Assembly: GCA_002633005.1 (NCBI GenBank)
Contig: NMRA01000150.1
Coordinates: 530,453-594,452 of the forward strand
Reading direction: 5' to 3'
Length of the DNA stretch: 64,000 nt
Source of the DNA: Phoronis australis
Lineage: Eukaryota; Animalia; Phoronida
Below, piece by piece: positions 12,401 through 26,092 of this stretch. A program made the translations under genes and the position numbers. The stretch's first letter is position 1. Each line of letters begins with the position of its first letter. The notes under the pieces are model-generated. The model did not search any database. It was not told where the DNA came from and worked only from the letters and a program-made list of their open reading frames with translations.

Positions 12401-15400
12401 CTGGGAGAAGAAAACAAACATTATTTTTAATTTATAATTTTTCATATAATAACGGACATTTGTTAATGTTCATGCCTATTTTTGTGATTTTGAGAATTGT
12501 GTCATTAATTCATGCAGTCACATGTACCTGTGCATAATTTTCGAAGTAACTTAGCTACTATTGGGTACTTATGTTGTTTCCAGGGATTTTGGAGTGTCTA
12601 CAATAACATTCCAGAGCCTGACAAGTTAAATATACGCTACAGTTATCATCTAATGAGACATGAACGTCGACCTGTATGGTAGGTGTACTGCTGATTGTTG
12701 AGTCAGTAAAATGTACTAAAGTGTAATGTCTTCTCATTGGTTCATGTGCCAGGTCTAACTGGTCATCTTCATTGATATCAGAAGAACAGAAGTAAAATGT
12801 AGAAGGAATTCTGGCTAGCTATACTTGTGAATAGTTTGTGAACTGGGCAGTAAGGGGAGTATGAATAAGTCTTTATAGTCTCTAGGGAATGCACGATCTC
12901 AGATTATGATAAAACACCCCTCATGTAAGTGAGAATAAAGAGGAGGCAGTGCGGCCTGGTTGATAAGTGCCCGCTTTCTTTACTCGAGGTCGTGGGTTCG
13001 AGTCCCACCAGGTCACACTGCTAAACCCTTGAGCCAGGTTTCTAGCTCCTCAGCTCGGTTTTAACAAAATATTAATAAAGCATTAAAATATTTCCAGGTG
13101 ATCAGTGCAATGGGCCCACATGTGAGGCCTGCGCACGTCTGGTACACCGTGTATCAGACCGCCTGCAGTTATTTTTTTTTAAGTGAAAATAAAAAGGTCA
13201 CTGCTTAATGTGGAAAATCACTTTAGAACAGATTTAAAAAGACTTCCAAGCATTGAATTTAACAATCTTACTCATTGAATTTAACAATCTTATACTCATT
13301 GAATTTAACAAGCTTACTCATTTTTCCAGGGAAGATGAAGTTAACTCAAAAGGTGGAAACTGGCGTCTGAAGTGTTACAAATGGGATACAGTACGTTAGA
13401 GTTCAGATTAATGATAACATTCAGATTAATGATTACATAATTATGTATTATAGTGCATCAGGTGCTGCTACATTCAAATTTCACTGCATTTTTTGTCAGC
13501 ATGAATTTTACTTTGATAAGTGTTGGTATACACAACTCACGCCGTCCCATTGTGTTACCGTATTCGCCGTAATAACCGCCCAGGGCGCTTAGAAAAGTTC
13601 GGTTCAGGGGGGGCGCTTATTATAACCCAAGGCGGTTGAAACCTGGTCTCCGAAACGGGTGTAATCGGAAGCTAAGATTCATAAAATTTACGCTCTGTGA
13701 CGTATATGTAATCTATGAAAGACTTTCAACAAAACTGTGGTGCATTGCTATCAAACTTTGCAGCTAAATCACGACCATTTTACAGAAAATTGTGCTGAAA
13801 TTCCAGGGCGAAAACTCGCCGACTGACTGCCTCGAAATCGCCGTCTTCGATATGGCGATTTCAATGCTTGAATAAAAATGGTTTTGACTCAAGAAAATTA
13901 CCTGAAATCCTCATTAAGTTTTATAAGTAGCATCTCTAAGATTTTTTAAGTTCCCGTGGAGTCTGGATTAACGGCAGGTTTAAGTACAAATCTGTGCATC
14001 TACATGTATTATCGGCAACACGGCGAGAAAAATGTCTGGACGAACAAACATGTTGTTGTCACGTGACGTTTGTTTTGAAGTTCGTCTGCGAATAAGCGAG
14101 CGCGTGCGTGTCACCAGAGTTCATTTGCCAAAGCAGAGACCGTCTTTTGGCAATCTAACTAGCTAGATGTGTCTAAAGAAATTTGCACAGGCAGTAGGCC
14201 TAAACCAGAGCGTGTTTCATTCAGCACTTGCCGGTCTCGTGCTAAAAACTTTCGACATTTGTGTCGGTAAGGCCCATATTAGTCGCCGTGTAGCTGGATG
14301 CGTACGTATAACTATCTGACAGTTATTTTTCGGTGTAAGGGTGTGTAAGCATTCACTGTCAGTTGTCACTTTATCGGATGTTCGGCTTAAAAACACCAAT
14401 TATGGTTAATCAAACAATACATCTCAAAAATAACGCAAACATGTTTTATAGTATTAGAAATTGTCGGAAATTAGTGCCAATATTCATTTCTTATCGATGC
14501 TATGCTACCCGTTTCATGAATGTAAAATTCCCGACTAATGTCTTTGATGACAGGTTCATGTATGTAGCGCGCGCGCTTCCTGGCCACGTGCGTTTAACAC
14601 CGAGTTATTTTTATTCATAAGACAGTCGATGTGTCTACCGAAAGGTCAGACCATAGAGTGGGACACGGTCGTCGCGAGAGAGTAGCAACGCTGTTGCGTT
14701 NNNNNNNNNNNNNNNNNNNNNNNNNNNNNNNNNNNNNNNNNNNNNNNNNNNNNNNNNNNNNNNNNNNNNNNNNNNNNNNNNNNNNNNNNNNNNNNNNNNN
14801 NNNNNNNNNNNNNNNNNNNNNNNNNNNNNNNNNNNNNNNNNNNNNNNNNNNNNNNNNNNNNNNNNNNNNNNNNNNNNNNNNNNNNNNNNNNNNNNNNNNN
14901 NNNNNNNNNNNNNNNNNNNNNNNNNNNNNNNNNNNNNNNNNNNNNNNNNNNNNNNNNNNNNNNNNNNNNNNNNNNNNNNNNNNNNNNNNNNNNNNNNNNN
15001 NNNNNNNNNNNNNNNNNNNNNNNNNNNNNNNNNNNNNNNNNNNNNNNNNNNNNNNNNNNNNNNNNNNNNNNNNNNNNNNNNNNNNNNNNNNNNNNNNNNN
15101 NNNNNNNNNNNNNNNNNNNNNNNNNNNNNNNNNNNNNNNNNNNNNNNNNNNNNNNNNNNNNNNNNNNNNNNNNNNNNNNNNNNNNNNNNNNNNNNNNNNN
15201 NNNNNNNNNNNNNNNNNNNNNNNNNNNNNNNNNNNNNNNNNNNNNNNNNNNNNNNNNNNNNNNNNNNNNNNNNNNNNNNNNNNNNNNNNNNNNNNNNNNN
15301 NNNNNNNNNNNNNNNNNNNNNNNNNNNNNNNNNNNNNNNNNTGTTACTCATGTTGCTCTACACAACTCACCCCGTCACATTGTGTTACTCATGTTGCTCT

Positions 15401-18400
15401 ACACAACTCACCCCGTCCTATTGTGTTACTCATGTTGCAATACACAACTCATGCTGTCCCATTGTGTTACTCATGCAGATTACACAACACAACACAAATT
15501 GATTCATATTAACAAAGGAACAGCAGGTACAGTGCACATTATTTCTCTTTTTTCAGTTGTAATTAACAGTTTGTGGTGTTCGAACAATTCATTTTTCAAC
15601 GATGGATTTAGTGTTATTTGTACGCACTGTCTAAAGTGGATAGGAAAGAATGTTGCTTCATAGTTGTTGGTTTAGGAAATGAAAGCTATGTAGCGTCTAA
15701 TGAGTTTGTGTGTTGACACTGGAGTACTATTTATATACTGTTAACTAAATGATGACATTTTCAGAAAAATGTATGGAAGGAGTTGCTTCTGGCCGCTATA
15801 GGAGAACAGTTCACCGACTGTATGGCTGAAGGTAGTGTATAATACTGTGTTGGTGGTATGAGTCAGTGCTATGTATGTTGTGCAATGTATATTATTGTTT
15901 GATGGTTGAGTCAGGGTCATGTATGATGTACCATCATGCTATGAACACTCCCACTAAATAAGATTGGTCCTAACCCCAGTGGTCAAGGTTTGGAAAATTG
16001 AACTAGACCGTATTTATCCACCTTGGCTGAGTCGCGCTCGGCTCACGATCAAAGGGATGCCGTCAAGCTGCTCTATTCATCGAGTCACGAGCGAGGATAA
16101 TTGGCTTCGCTCACGCGGATATGATCAGCTGATTACAGTCTAGCTAGCAGACTGTACTTTTTATGGAGAGAGTTTTACATAGTTTTTACTGTAATATTTG
16201 AAAACAGGAGCGAAAACAAATATGAGTACAACTTTGAATTTTTCAAATCGGCCCAGGATAAGAGATTTTGCAACACAGCAACACTCACGATTAGTTTCAT
16301 TCGGCGCGCACGAATACAAAAATATAGGACCCAAGTTATTTAGATTTTGGAACACATGCATTGCAATATTCAAAATACGTTTATTATGAATCTTACAAGC
16401 TGTAAAACGTTTTTTAATTTCATTGTGCTCATTCATTGTCATCCGTCAAATCGGCAATTCCCGAGATGTGATCTGCGGTGTGCGTGTATGTGTACAAAAC
16501 ACGTGATTGTTATGTTCCTGAAGTACGAAAATTAAGAAACTTTAGCATGCCGTTATTATTGACAGGGACACGATAAAACGAATTTGGATTTTGACTATAG
16601 TCTTGATACAGCGAGCTGGCTGACCACTGCGTCAGTGTCTCCGTTAGACCCAGAAATTTCACACAGCCCGGGTAGTTCACTTCGTCCCCAACATGTAGAT
16701 CGAGCCTTGGACTATTAATACTCCACGGTAGAGCTAACGACCGTCGGCCTGTGCACACAAAATCTGTGAGTTAACCAGCACTCACCTTGCACGTTGCAGC
16801 CGTTTAAATGAAAAAACAATCTAGTAAACGCCATTTTCCTGCATAATCCTCCGCCTTTTGTAACAAAAAAGTTTATCGTCGATGACCCACACTCGCACGC
16901 TCCGGCACTCACTCTCATACGCAGACGTACTTCAAAACAAATGTCATGTGACAACAACATTTGTGTTCATCCAGTGATTTTTCTCATGTTGTGGGGTACG
17001 ATGTAGCGCAGATTTGCACTTAATCGCAATTAATCTGGACTCCACATGAACTTTAAAAATTGTAGAACATAAGGAAGATTTCAGGTAATTTGTTGAGTCA
17101 AAACTATATTTTTATTCAAGAGTTCAAGTTTTCCTATTGACGATGGCGATTCAGCGACGCATCAGTCAGCAAGTTTTCGCCCTGTGATGAGCACAATTTT
17201 TTGAAAAATTATAGTAATTTAACAATGGAAGTTCATAGCAATGCACCACAGTTTTGTAGAAAGACTGTCATAGGCTAAAAATATGTCACAAAGCGTAAAT
17301 TTTATGAATCCGAGCTTCCGATTTTACCCGTTTGGGAAACCGGCTTTCAACTGCCGTAGACTACATTAAGAATCCCCTCCCCGTGAAATGAATTTTTCTA
17401 AGCGTTTATTAGAGCCAATACAGTATACAGCTTTCCACCAAGATTAGATGATGCTACATTATTCTTTGTTGCATTAGTAACTGGTCTTGGCTAATTATCA
17501 TTTTATGGCCTGGTCATCCATTCAGTCAAAAGTAGTTCTAGAGGTGGCTTATCAGCCAATTATTCACGCATGCTGACTCACAATAGAAGCCTGATAAGAG
17601 TGAAGGTGGATAAATGGGGTGTTCCTACAGTTTCTTGTGCTAGTGGATGTGTTCAGGACATGATGTATAATACTGTGTTGGTGGTATGAGTCAGTGTCAT
17701 GTATGATGTACCATTAGTCCTTTATGCAGCGTACGTCCTAGGCGTCCAAATGGATGCCCAATGTATCATTTAGACGCCCACTGTCAATAGGAACCTTTCA
17801 AGTTTGGACACATACATTGTAATGAATATTAGGAAGCCTATGAAGGCTCACAGTGGGGGCTCTTTTTTCAAAGCAGGAAGAAATATACAATGTATAACAA
17901 TGCAGAATTTGTTAAATGCACGACACTTTTCATTGTTCACTGTCTTTATTCCGTTGCGTTCATGCTTTCTGAACAAAACTCTACTCTCAACTGAACATAG
18001 ATACAGTAACTGACCTAGCGACATAATTAAAAGACGCACGATATTTCGAAACATACTTGTTTCATTCTCAAGTGAAGATAAAATGAAGCAGTAATCATAG
18101 TAATGCCACCACAGTGAAAAGTGTTGTGCATTTAACAAATTCTGTATAACAGAAAACTTGCTCCCGAAGTACAGTCAATGTATAACAATGTATACAAAGT
18201 ATATACAAGGTTGCTACACTCACACTTGGTTGATAGGATTTTAAAAGTCTTAGTCTACAGCTTTTTTAGTAAAAATGCTCACTACAGAAGACTGTTTTGT
18301 AAACTTAGATGTAAAAACCTTGATCTATGCATTTTTTTGTAAAAAAATCTGTGTTTGGAGGGATTGCTGGGGGTGGGGGGTTACGCGTCGGAATCATGGA

Positions 18401-19661
18401 CACCCTGGAATATTAGGAACCCCGTTTTGGACACCCTATTTTCAAAATCCTGTATAAAGGCTTGTGTACCATGTATAACTGTGTTGGTGGTATGAGTCAG
18501 TGGCATGTATATTGTTGTACCATGTATGCTGCTGTAATCCCATCCTTGCACTGCTAAACAATATGGATGTAGTGAATAGGGCTTAGTAAGTCTTCCACAT
18601 GGGGTGTTCCTCTATTAAAATTTCATTGTATTCTTTGGGGTTGTTAGGATCACTCTGTTAAGTGATGTTGTCCACATTGTTGCTCAGGCAGATTATACAA
18701 TACAGGTTGGGACATATTAACAAAGGAACATCAGTTGAGTAGCCCCATTGTGTTGTGACACATATATATAGAGTGGTCTAAAATGAGAGCCATGTCTTCT
18801 CTAATCCCAAAACAAAAGACGCCAACAATACAAGTCCAGGCATTGTGGTAGTGCTGCCCAATGAAATCACAACTTTCAAGTAGAGTGTGATGCCAGACTT
18901 TTTATGGAAATCTTCATCACTTTCATCAAAATTGTAATTTCAAAATATATGTGGCCTTTTTCAGGTGATGAAGTGAGCGGTCTTAGTGTCAGTATTCGTG
19001 AGAGAGATGACATCATACAAGTATGGAATATCAACGCTAGTCAACAGCAGTCATCCACCATTGTTGACAAGATTAGGAAGTTGTTGCCAAAAGTACAGTT
19101 TGCTGCAATCTTTTATAAAGGTACTGGTGAATGTGCAGTAATGTACTCTTCCGATTGGTGAATGTGCAATAGTTAAGTCTTCTGATTGGTGGATATACAT
19201 TAATCAACTTTTCTGATTGGTGGATGTGTAGTAATGTGCTCTTCCGATTGGTGAATGTGTAATTATAGTGAAGTGTTCTCATTCAATGTGTTGTAATCAA
19301 CTCTTTTGATTGGTAAATGTCGAGTTTTCAACATTTTTTGTTTGATGAATCTACAGTGTTTAAACCTCACTCTATATCTTTATACCCCAGTTTATATTCC
19401 ATAATCATTTTACATTTGATTTTTAAACCATTCTCTTGTGAATCGAGAGATACCCGAGATTTATGCTGGCAACCATTTTAGTGCATAGTGAATAAAGCTA
19501 GTGCATATTGAATAACGCTAGTGCATATTGAATAACGCTAGTGAAGTCCTGTTGATACAGTGGATATTGCCTCTTCTCCACTTCTCCTCAACTTATTTTT
19601 ATGCATTGTTCTAGCATTTCAGACACATTCAGCGTTTGAAGGATCACAGAGGCGACCGTGA
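9465..19661 (+). CDS. EIF4E3: Eukaryotic translation initiation factor 4E type 3 (class III), 7 exons, 216 aa
   Basis: Exons 9465-9616, 10744-10816, 12584-12678, 13330-13390, 15765-15831, 18965-19120, 19615-19661 are all GT-AG with compatible phases (651 nt). Motifs: [87 protein letters not shown]. Tyr sits at the Trp-56-equivalent position (KEYEASL), as in class III. Confidence 0.95.
10808..11015 (+). repeat. 41-bp minisatellite containing the EIF4E3 exon 2 splice donor
   Basis: ACTGTTCAG|GTA(A/G)G with GT at 10817, 10858, 10899, 10940 and 10981. Confidence 0.95.
12940..13179 (+). mobile_element. tRNA-derived SINE in EIF4E3 intron 3
   Basis: A-box-like start, B-box GGTTCGAGTCC, T-rich tail, and a 14-bp TSD taagtgagaataaa / taagtgaaaataaa. 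Confidence 0.75.
13558..14700. mobile_element. Non-autonomous TA-CCGTATT DNA transposon (mariner/pogo-like) running into the assembly gap
   Basis: Starts TA|CCGTATTCGCC, inserted in a ~41-bp minisatellite. 13560-14100 is an inverted match to 16900-17423, and 14390-14620 is an inverted match to 57190-57415. Confidence 0.7.
14701..15341. other. Assembly gap
   Basis: Run of N. Confidence 1.
15935..17662. mobile_element. TIR element containing a nested CCGTATT-family element (16008-17423)
   Basis: Outer ends CATGCTATGAACACTCCCACTA / TAGTGGATGTGTTCAGGACATG are inverted; inner ends are CCGTATT...AATACAG|TA. Confidence 0.55.
17715..18464. mobile_element. hAT-like MITE
   Basis: TIRs TAGTCCTTTATGCAG / CTGTATAAAGGCTTG with a perfect 8-bp TSD TGTACCAT; internal inverted repeat ~17890-17935 / 18110-18150. 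Confidence 0.75.
19126..19320. repeat. Degenerate ~31-bp minisatellite after EIF4E3 exon 6
   Basis: Repeated GATTGGTGAATGTG..TAAT..CTCTTCC. Confidence 0.75.
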
Positions 19662-22600
19662 CGTTTGACTGTTCTAGGCAGGTGCCCGGTGTTATTTGAC
19701 TAACCTGGAAAGTCTCACATGTTAAATGTGGAATGATTCGCCATTAAATTATGGAGTGGCGGGCAAAGTTGTTAGACTTCACTGCCGCAAGCTTAATTTG
19801 TATGTTTGAATTTTAAAGAAAGTTTCCTGTCTGAATTATCCAAAAGTTTGCCTGTATGTCGTTACCTATGATATGCTGATGTAGGTGTGATTACCTTGCC
19901 ACACTGTTGTTATATATTTATTGATATGTGAATGAACAATGTGCCAGGGCAGTTGCCCAGAGCATCTTGGGAAATATGATAATGCTGTGATATGTGCAGG
20001 CTTCTTAATGTCATAATCAGGTGTCTAAACTTGGGAAGTTGTCAGAATTTTGTTGAATCATGAAACGTTTTCAAACTGAGATATTTTGACCTCAGGAAGG
20101 GTTCTCAAAATGAGACATGGGTCTCAGTTGGTGGTATAATTACTGGAACATGTGAGTCTATGACATGAGTCTTTGCAGTACAATTACAAAAATTGTATCT
20201 AGACTGAATATGAATATTAATCAGCACAAATATCAATATCAGTATCAATATCAAGCTGCCCAAAAGTAAATATTCTACTCAGACCTCTTGCCACAATTTT
20301 GCAACTTTTGTGTTTTCATTTTTTGTACCTTACATTTTGAAAAACTGCAAACTAGCCATGAGAATGACTTTCTCAAGACTTATCTGGCAGTCATAGTTCA
20401 TGAAATATTTTATACAATTCATATTAAACTAGTAAAACTTAGGTATTAATTCCGACAATTACTTTGTTAGGCTTCCTGTTGAATGGAGGAATACTTAATG
20501 GCACTGCTGCTGTTTTCTTGAGGGGTCTTACCTTCAGGCAAGACAAAGATCTTGTGAGAAAACACTCTGAAACACTTGAATTGGCATAGCTATTTGTAGT
20601 CTATTTAGATTCTGTTGACCTATTGCATTGTGGGTAATACGATCACTAGTGGAGGAAGGATGTTGCGTGGGGTGACCAGAATGCCTTACGAACAAACATT
20701 TGTGAAAGTCCTAAAACTTTGTCATCACCGTTTTTAATTTTTTACTCTTTTGCTCATCATCTGTTGGTGCAGGCTTGATCCCCTACATCTGCCCTTGATT
20801 TTTTTTCCATTGAACAGTTCATTTATCTTTTTTCTCTTCAAAGAACACAAACAGTAGTATGTCTAAAATAACAGCTAAAAGTTCTGACTTTATCATTACT
20901 GTCATTTTCAGTGTGTGGACTAATGCCAAACCATTCTTGATTTACTGTGAATGATGACAGTACATTTTTGTTGGACAGATGTCCTCTAGGTGTCACTAGT
21001 GGATGAGGGTAACTCAAGTCAGCAGGAGTGTTACTTTTGTGTATATAGAGTTGTCGTGATTCATAACCCATTATAAGGTTAAGAGAATCATTTAGAGAAT
21101 TTGGAGGAGCCTTAAGGTCATTGCATGCTCAAATTGGTTTGTTTGTCATTATGATATATTTGTTTATTTCTTCAAACTGAACCAGTATGTGCAAGAAACC
21201 GCAACATGTAGTGTTCAACTTGATTAATTTACTTTGGATGATGTCATAACATGAATGCAATCCTGTAGAGCTCAATGAAAAGTACTGGGAGGACTAAACT
21301 AATCATGTTTTGCAATTTGCATTGTTATCTTTGAGCAACGTTCTTATGAAATTCATTAGATTGAAATGTTTCTGCGAATCATATTCAACAATCAGTTTTG
21401 TGTATTTCCAAGTTATTGCTCAGCACAGTCACGTGTTCATTTTGAAACATCTGACCAAAAGGGGACATGGGAGGCAAAATTCATGCTTTTGGTGTGTTTA
21501 AACACAATGAATTATAATGTAAATTCTTGAGGTTCTTGAACTCATTTTCATTTTAAGAGTGCCATGACTACTCTCTAAGTGGTAGTATCCTGTCAACTGA
21601 GTTTCTATTAAATTGTTTCACATAGAACTCAAGTAGTATGCTGTCAGTAATGTTGTTAAGAAAGTAACTACAGCCAAGAGTGCATAGCTGTACAAGTGAA
21701 CAACGTTGAGGGTGTGTGAATATCATAACTACAAAGAGTGCTGATAGGTAGACAATGTTAATCAAAGGTCAATAAGCAGGCAGTATCAGGGTTGAATTAG
21801 TGTAATTGTCTGTAATTCCTTTAGATTAAGTTGTGGTCCACTTTCAAAATTGTTTGACAGTGCTCTACACTTTTATGTTACCCGAGTTTATTGTTAAATG
21901 CCAGACAAATTTTAAGTTTGTTGACAGCAGTATCTTGTTTATTATTGGAACATATAGTTACTCTTCAAAAAATTCTACTTCAGTGTGGAAGGATGTCTGT
22001 AATGTTAGATGAAGGGACTGTTGTATTATTTTGTGATGAGTCATGTTCATAGGTGACTGTATCATTGTGTTGTATGTATACTATGTAGACTTTGTTTTCA
22101 ACTTCTCAAAGGGAGCTTTTAAGCAGTCACCTTCTCATCAATCCAAAAGTTCACAGGCGATAGTTATGAGCTGCTTATCTAGTTTGTCTCAATGTTTCTA
22201 CTCATTGTTTGACAATAACTTGTTGTCAGTTAGCATGTTAGCTTCATCAAACCTGGACTGAAAGTCCTGAAGAAGCAATGTTGTTTAGGTGTTAGACTTC
22301 GCTCTTTTAGTTTGTTTGCTCTATTATTTTGCAGTTTTCCATGTCTTCTTGCTTTATTGATTTTGGCATACGGCATGCCGTTTAATTTCTGACTGTAATT
22401 CCGTGAATATTATCACATGCTATGCACACTGACCAGACAAACTTCAATATCTTTGTCAAGTCATGCATGTGTGCATAGCACATTATCGTACAACCAGTTG
22501 TTATGCAGATAATAGTCAAAGGGGTTATGCATTTTGAGAACCAGTTTTCTTCCCTGAATAACAGGAATCAAACTGGTTCTCAAAGTCCAGTCTCCCAATG

Positions 22601-23434
22601 ACTATTGCTATTTTGTACACTTCCAGCCAAGAATAGTGACCAATGCAGTTCAGCTAGAATCACCAACAGACTCACCTCAATCACTGTGTGCCTTTTTTAA
22701 AAAAAAGTGCACAATCTATAGGATTTAATCTATTAAGAGGTTTACAATCTGTCACTCAAAATAAAGGTAAGGAAGTCTTGAAAAAGTGAGATGCACACAA
22801 GGTGATTATTCTCAGCAGGTGGTCGCGACTGACGTGTGCAACTGACTGGATGTCAACGATAATGTTGCAGTGTGACACATGATCAACCATGAAGATGAAA
22901 TTGTTTAACACCAGTCCTAGGCCATATGTGTATAGACTAAGCCAGTCCTAGGCCATGTGCGTACACATGTGTGCTGTGAAAATTTTCATTAGTGAAATGC
23001 ATTCGTTGCTGAGTTTTTGACCCGTGCTTGGCGCTGGCATGAAATATATCCCAGGTTAGGTGTATATGGTCCATCATAACAACCGGTTGTGCAGTTGTGC
23101 GTCTTTCTTTATAAAAGTTTGCCAGGTTAATGTTAGAACTTCAATCTGCAGATTGTATAATGATAAGAGTATGTCTTTATGCTTCCTTGTTTGAATCCTG
23201 TTATAATCGTATTTAATTCCATGACCCACAGACGTCACTGCTGTTGTAGATGCAGCAGGGTTTATGTACCTTGTGCAAAGGTTCAGGCAACTGTTTCAAA
23301 TGATCAAACAAAAATGTTACTTGTTTTTTGTCTGCCATGAAAATCATTCAAAACACTCATAAAACCTCAAAATACATTCATTACAAACAATCACAAAATC
23401 CAATTACATAGTTTTAAAACTTGTAATAACCATC

Positions 23435-25789
23435 TACATATTTCAGGTTTTAATAATTCAGAACATATTTGTCTTAACCTTGTGAGTAATATACCACATG
23501 GATAATTTTCTGATGAGCAAAACAAAATGTACACAATGTTTGAATAGTTAAAATGAAAATGAACTGCCAATATTTACATTTATGATACATTTGAATAGAT
23601 TCAGTGAAGACCAACGATAAGTAAACCTCATTCAGACGAGCTCTAGTCCCAACAAATGCTGTCCACCCAAACACAGCAGGTAAAAAGGTGAAAGTTGATT
23701 CAGTTAGCTGTGTCAACCTAACTGCAAGCTTTGTAACACAATTGTAATACAATGAATGTATGCCTGGAGAGGGATTCATGCTCTTTATTGGAGAATGTTT
23801 GCAAAATAGTTGGTTCTATTCCAAATAAATGTAGAGTAATAACCCAGTTATTTTCTACAGTTCACTCTCATATTTGAATACTGTAAGTCAGTCAGTCTGG
23901 ATACAGCCAGCTGGATTGACTTGTAATACACACCCACTTTATTCTACACTAGTTATGAGAGTGACAAGACAGCATCTTTGAACAGCAAATCATCGTTACC
24001 ACATACTCTATTTAGGATATTAACAGTGATATAGCAATCAAACTTACAAGGCATGACTTTACCTACATCTAAGTCTGCCCGTTTTACAAGGAAATGTCAA
24101 AATAACATGAAGATTTTTAAGATCACAAGGTGTTTATTATGATGAGTTTTGACTTGACTGTACTGATCAATTATTTTTATTTTAACACCACAATGTGATC
24201 TAGATGTCCAAGCGTAAATTATACACTAAACAACAACGTAAATATGACTGAGAGGACATTCCACACACACTGCTAATGAATGGACTACAGACACCCCACA
24301 CACACACACACACACACACTAATGAATGGACTACTTATACATAGTGATAATTAAGTGATCAAGTTGACACCAAAGACATGTGACAATGGTAGATACACAT
24401 TTGCCTAACTGTGCAAGTGAAGCACAGAGTAGAGAGAAAGTTGGTTGATTAACTCAACAATCTTTGTTCACTGTAGCTGCTCATGTCTCAAGATTATTAT
24501 GAAATCTTCAGGTTTTGAGAAGTTGTTTGTGTCCGACCTTCTTTGGCACCAAGGCCTGAAACATGAAGAGTGCAAAAAGACAGAAAATGATACTGACCAG
24601 TCTCATGTCCGTCTNTACATATTTCAGGTTTTAATAATTCAGAACATATTTGTCTTAACCTTGTGAGTAATATACCACATGTATAATTTTCTGATGAGCA
24701 AAACAAAATGTACACAATGTTTGAATAGTTAAAATGAAAATGAACTGCCAATATTTACATTTATGATACATTTGAATAGATTCAGTAAAGACCAACGATA
24801 AGTAAACCTCATTCAGACGAGCTCTAGTCCCAACAAATGCTGTCCACCCAAACACAGCAGGTAAAAAGGTGAAAGTTGATTCAGTTAGCTGTGTCAACCT
24901 AACTGCAAGCTTTGTAACACAATTGTAATACAATGAATGTATGCCTGGAGAGGGGTTCATGCTCTTTATTGGAGAATGTTTGCAAAATAGTTGGTTCTAT
25001 TCCAAATAAATGTAGAGTAATAACCCAGTTATTTTCTACAGTTCACTCTCATATTTGAATACTGTAAGTCAGTCAGTCTGGATACAGCCAGCTGGATTGA
25101 CTTGTAATACACACCCACTTTATTCTACACTAGTTATGAGAGTGACGAGACAGCATCTTTGAACAGCAAATCATCGTTACCACATACTCTATTTAGGATA
25201 TTAACAGTGATATAACAATCAAACTTACAGGGCATGACTTTACCTACATCTAAGTCTGCCCCTGTTACAAGGAAATGTCAAAATAACATGAAGATTTTTA
25301 AGATCACAAGGTGTTTATTATGATGAGTTTTGACTTGACTGTACTGATCAATTATTTTTTTTAACACCACAATGTGATCAAGATGAGCTTTTCCAAGCGT
25401 AAATTATACACTAAACAACTGAGTGGACATTCCACACACACACTAATGAATGGACTACAGACACTCCACACGCATCACACACACACACACACTAATGAAT
25501 GGACTACTTATACATAGTGATAATTAAGTGATCAAGTTGACACCAAAGACATGTGACATTGGTAGATACACATTTAACTTAACTGTGCAAGTGATGCACA
25601 GAGTAGAAAGAAAGTTGGTTGATTAACTCAACAATCTTTGTTCACTGTAGCTGCTCATGTCTCAAGATTATTATGAAATCTTCAGGTTTTGAGAAGTTGT
25701 TTGTGTCCGACCTTCTTTGGCACCAAGGCTTGAAACATGAAGAGTGCAAAAAAGACTGGAAATGATACTGACCAGTCTCATGTCTGTCT
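23435..25789. repeat. ~1.18-kb near-identical tandem duplication joined by a single N (probable haplotype false duplication)
   Basis: 23435-24614 matches 24616-25789 with scattered SNPs and indels; N at 24615. Confidence 0.85.
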
Positions 25790-26010
25790 CCACAATAAGA
25801 CTGGGTAGAAATGATACTGACCAGTCTCATGTCTGTCTCCACAATAAGTTGATTTCATATTTGTCCGTCTAATGACCTAGGTCATGTTTATAATATCTAG
25901 TGCTACTCAAAAGTTCCAGTAGTTTGGATATTGTGAGCAAATGAATTCATTGTGTCAAGTCAAGCGGTAGTGTGTAATGCTTACTGTCTTGGATGTTTAA
26001 CCAGGTAGGT

Positions 26011-26092
26011 TTGACGTATTCAGTGATTTTGCAATGTTTGACGTATTCAGTGATTTTGCAATGTTTGACGTATTCAGTGATTTTGCAATGTT
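26011..26092. repeat. 27 bp x3 tandem repeat
   Basis: TTGACGTATTCAGTGATTTTGCAATGT. Confidence 0.9.

Noticed and set aside
12945-13015. Functional tRNA gene
   Set aside because: Poor cloverleaf, with an attached body, tail and TSD; this is a SINE.
14631-15512. 293-aa and 238-aa ORFs
   Set aside because: Artefacts of the N-gap.
23474-24960. Two identical 101-aa ORFs
   Set aside because: No protein-like features; they are a product of the probable false duplication in 3' UTR/intergenic DNA.
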